64,000 nucleotides of DNA from Octopus vulgaris (taxonomy: Eukaryota). The DNA is taken from NCBI GenBank assembly GCA_951406725.2, contig OX597823.1:56482001-56546000 (forward strand), in the 5' to 3' direction. This document shows positions 63,165 through 64,000 of this stretch, in pieces. The translations under genes and the position numbers were made by a program. The first letter of the stretch is position 1. Every line of letters begins with the position of its first letter. The notes under the pieces were generated by a model that worked only from the letters and a program-made list of their open reading frames with translations, ran no database searches and was not told the origin of the DNA.

Positions 63165-63363
63165 GACCGCGTGTGTACCGTTGGCGATTTTTTTCCTCCG
63201 TCTTCCCTTCTTTGGATCTTTCCTTTTCCTATGTTTCTGACGAAGAACTCCGCTCGAAACGTTAAAGCCTCCTTCTTTCCCGAGCGTCCAATAATACTAT
63301 ACTTGTTCCACGTCCTCGCGTTGTTGTGTTTTCTCTTTGTGTTTTCATGTTTGGATTAACTTT
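63164..63363 (+). mobile_element. ~200-bp Penelope-like repeat with a minimal hammerhead (63233-63267)
   Basis: Homologous to 53787-53998 (reverse); GUUU-CUGACGA-A-GAA(CUCCG)CUC-GAAACGUU-AAAG; flanked by microsatellites. Confidence 0.65.
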
Positions 63364-63391
63364 ATATATATATATATATATACACACACAC

Positions 63392-63422
<31 letters not shown>

Positions 63423-64000
63423 TGTATGTATGTATGTATGTATGTATGTATGTATGTATGTATGTATGATATGTCTGGTTACCTAGACAACCAAGCTACT
63501 ATCCGTATGTCAAGACAAGCACCACCCCCACTGCAAGCACGTGTGTACTATAAAGTCTGTAGACTCACCAACAATTTGAACTTAACTGATCTCATCTGAA
63601 AACATACACTTTTTCACTTTTTCTCGATGTTGCTGGGGTCGGGAACGACGATGGCGGTGATAGTGGTGGTGCTGTCGATGGCGGTGGTAACAGTTAGAGC
63701 CGGTGACGTCAGCATTACTTTTACATTAACGTTTGTTATTGGTGTTACTACTGCGAGCTGTTTTTGTTTTTCTCATGAAAAACAAAATATTCACGCTTGA
63801 CATCTATTTAAAATTTAATAAGGGGTCACAGACCAATGGCAGAGGAAACTGGGGGAGTAAATAATGAAAGACGACAACATTGAAAAAATAAGTCAACGAA
63901 AATCGAAATAAATATTACTGTATGCATGTATATATTATGTATGCAGTATGTGTCCTATGAATGTATATACATTTGTGTGTGTGTGTGTGTGTGTATGAGT

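Overview
Repeat-rich, AT-rich eukaryotic genomic DNA. The SINE/microsatellite landscape looks like an octopus (coleoid cephalopod); that assignment is an inference. The only host gene is SDHA (succinate dehydrogenase flavoprotein subunit) on the + strand. I read 14 coding exons by hand (equivalent to human exons 2-15; 18928..43466; 645 codons plus stop). The first exon, encoding the start of the transit peptide, was not located and probably lies at or before the window start. The rest is mobile DNA: mariner, Tc1 and pogo/Tigger transposase remnants, Helitron pieces, hAT/piggyBac/mariner MITEs, a young 5'-truncated CR1-type LINE, a decayed L1/Tx1-type LINE, several SINE families, Penelope-like pieces and minisatellites. 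Main observations: (1) a perfect type I hammerhead ribozyme at 14088-14134 (-), antisense in the SDHA intron and inside an 80-bp inverted repeat, plus several more hammerhead-like motifs; (2) SDHA exon 13 regenerates the upstream donor (AAA|GTGAGT) after splicing and ends in a GC donor, a re-splicing/recursive-exon architecture at an intron position that differs from human; (3) the CR1-type LINE and the commonest SINE share a 3' tail with a covarying stem-loop; (4) an indel-free 199-bp intronic duplicate has codon-periodic substitutions; (5) a CpG-decay footprint outlines the transcription unit.
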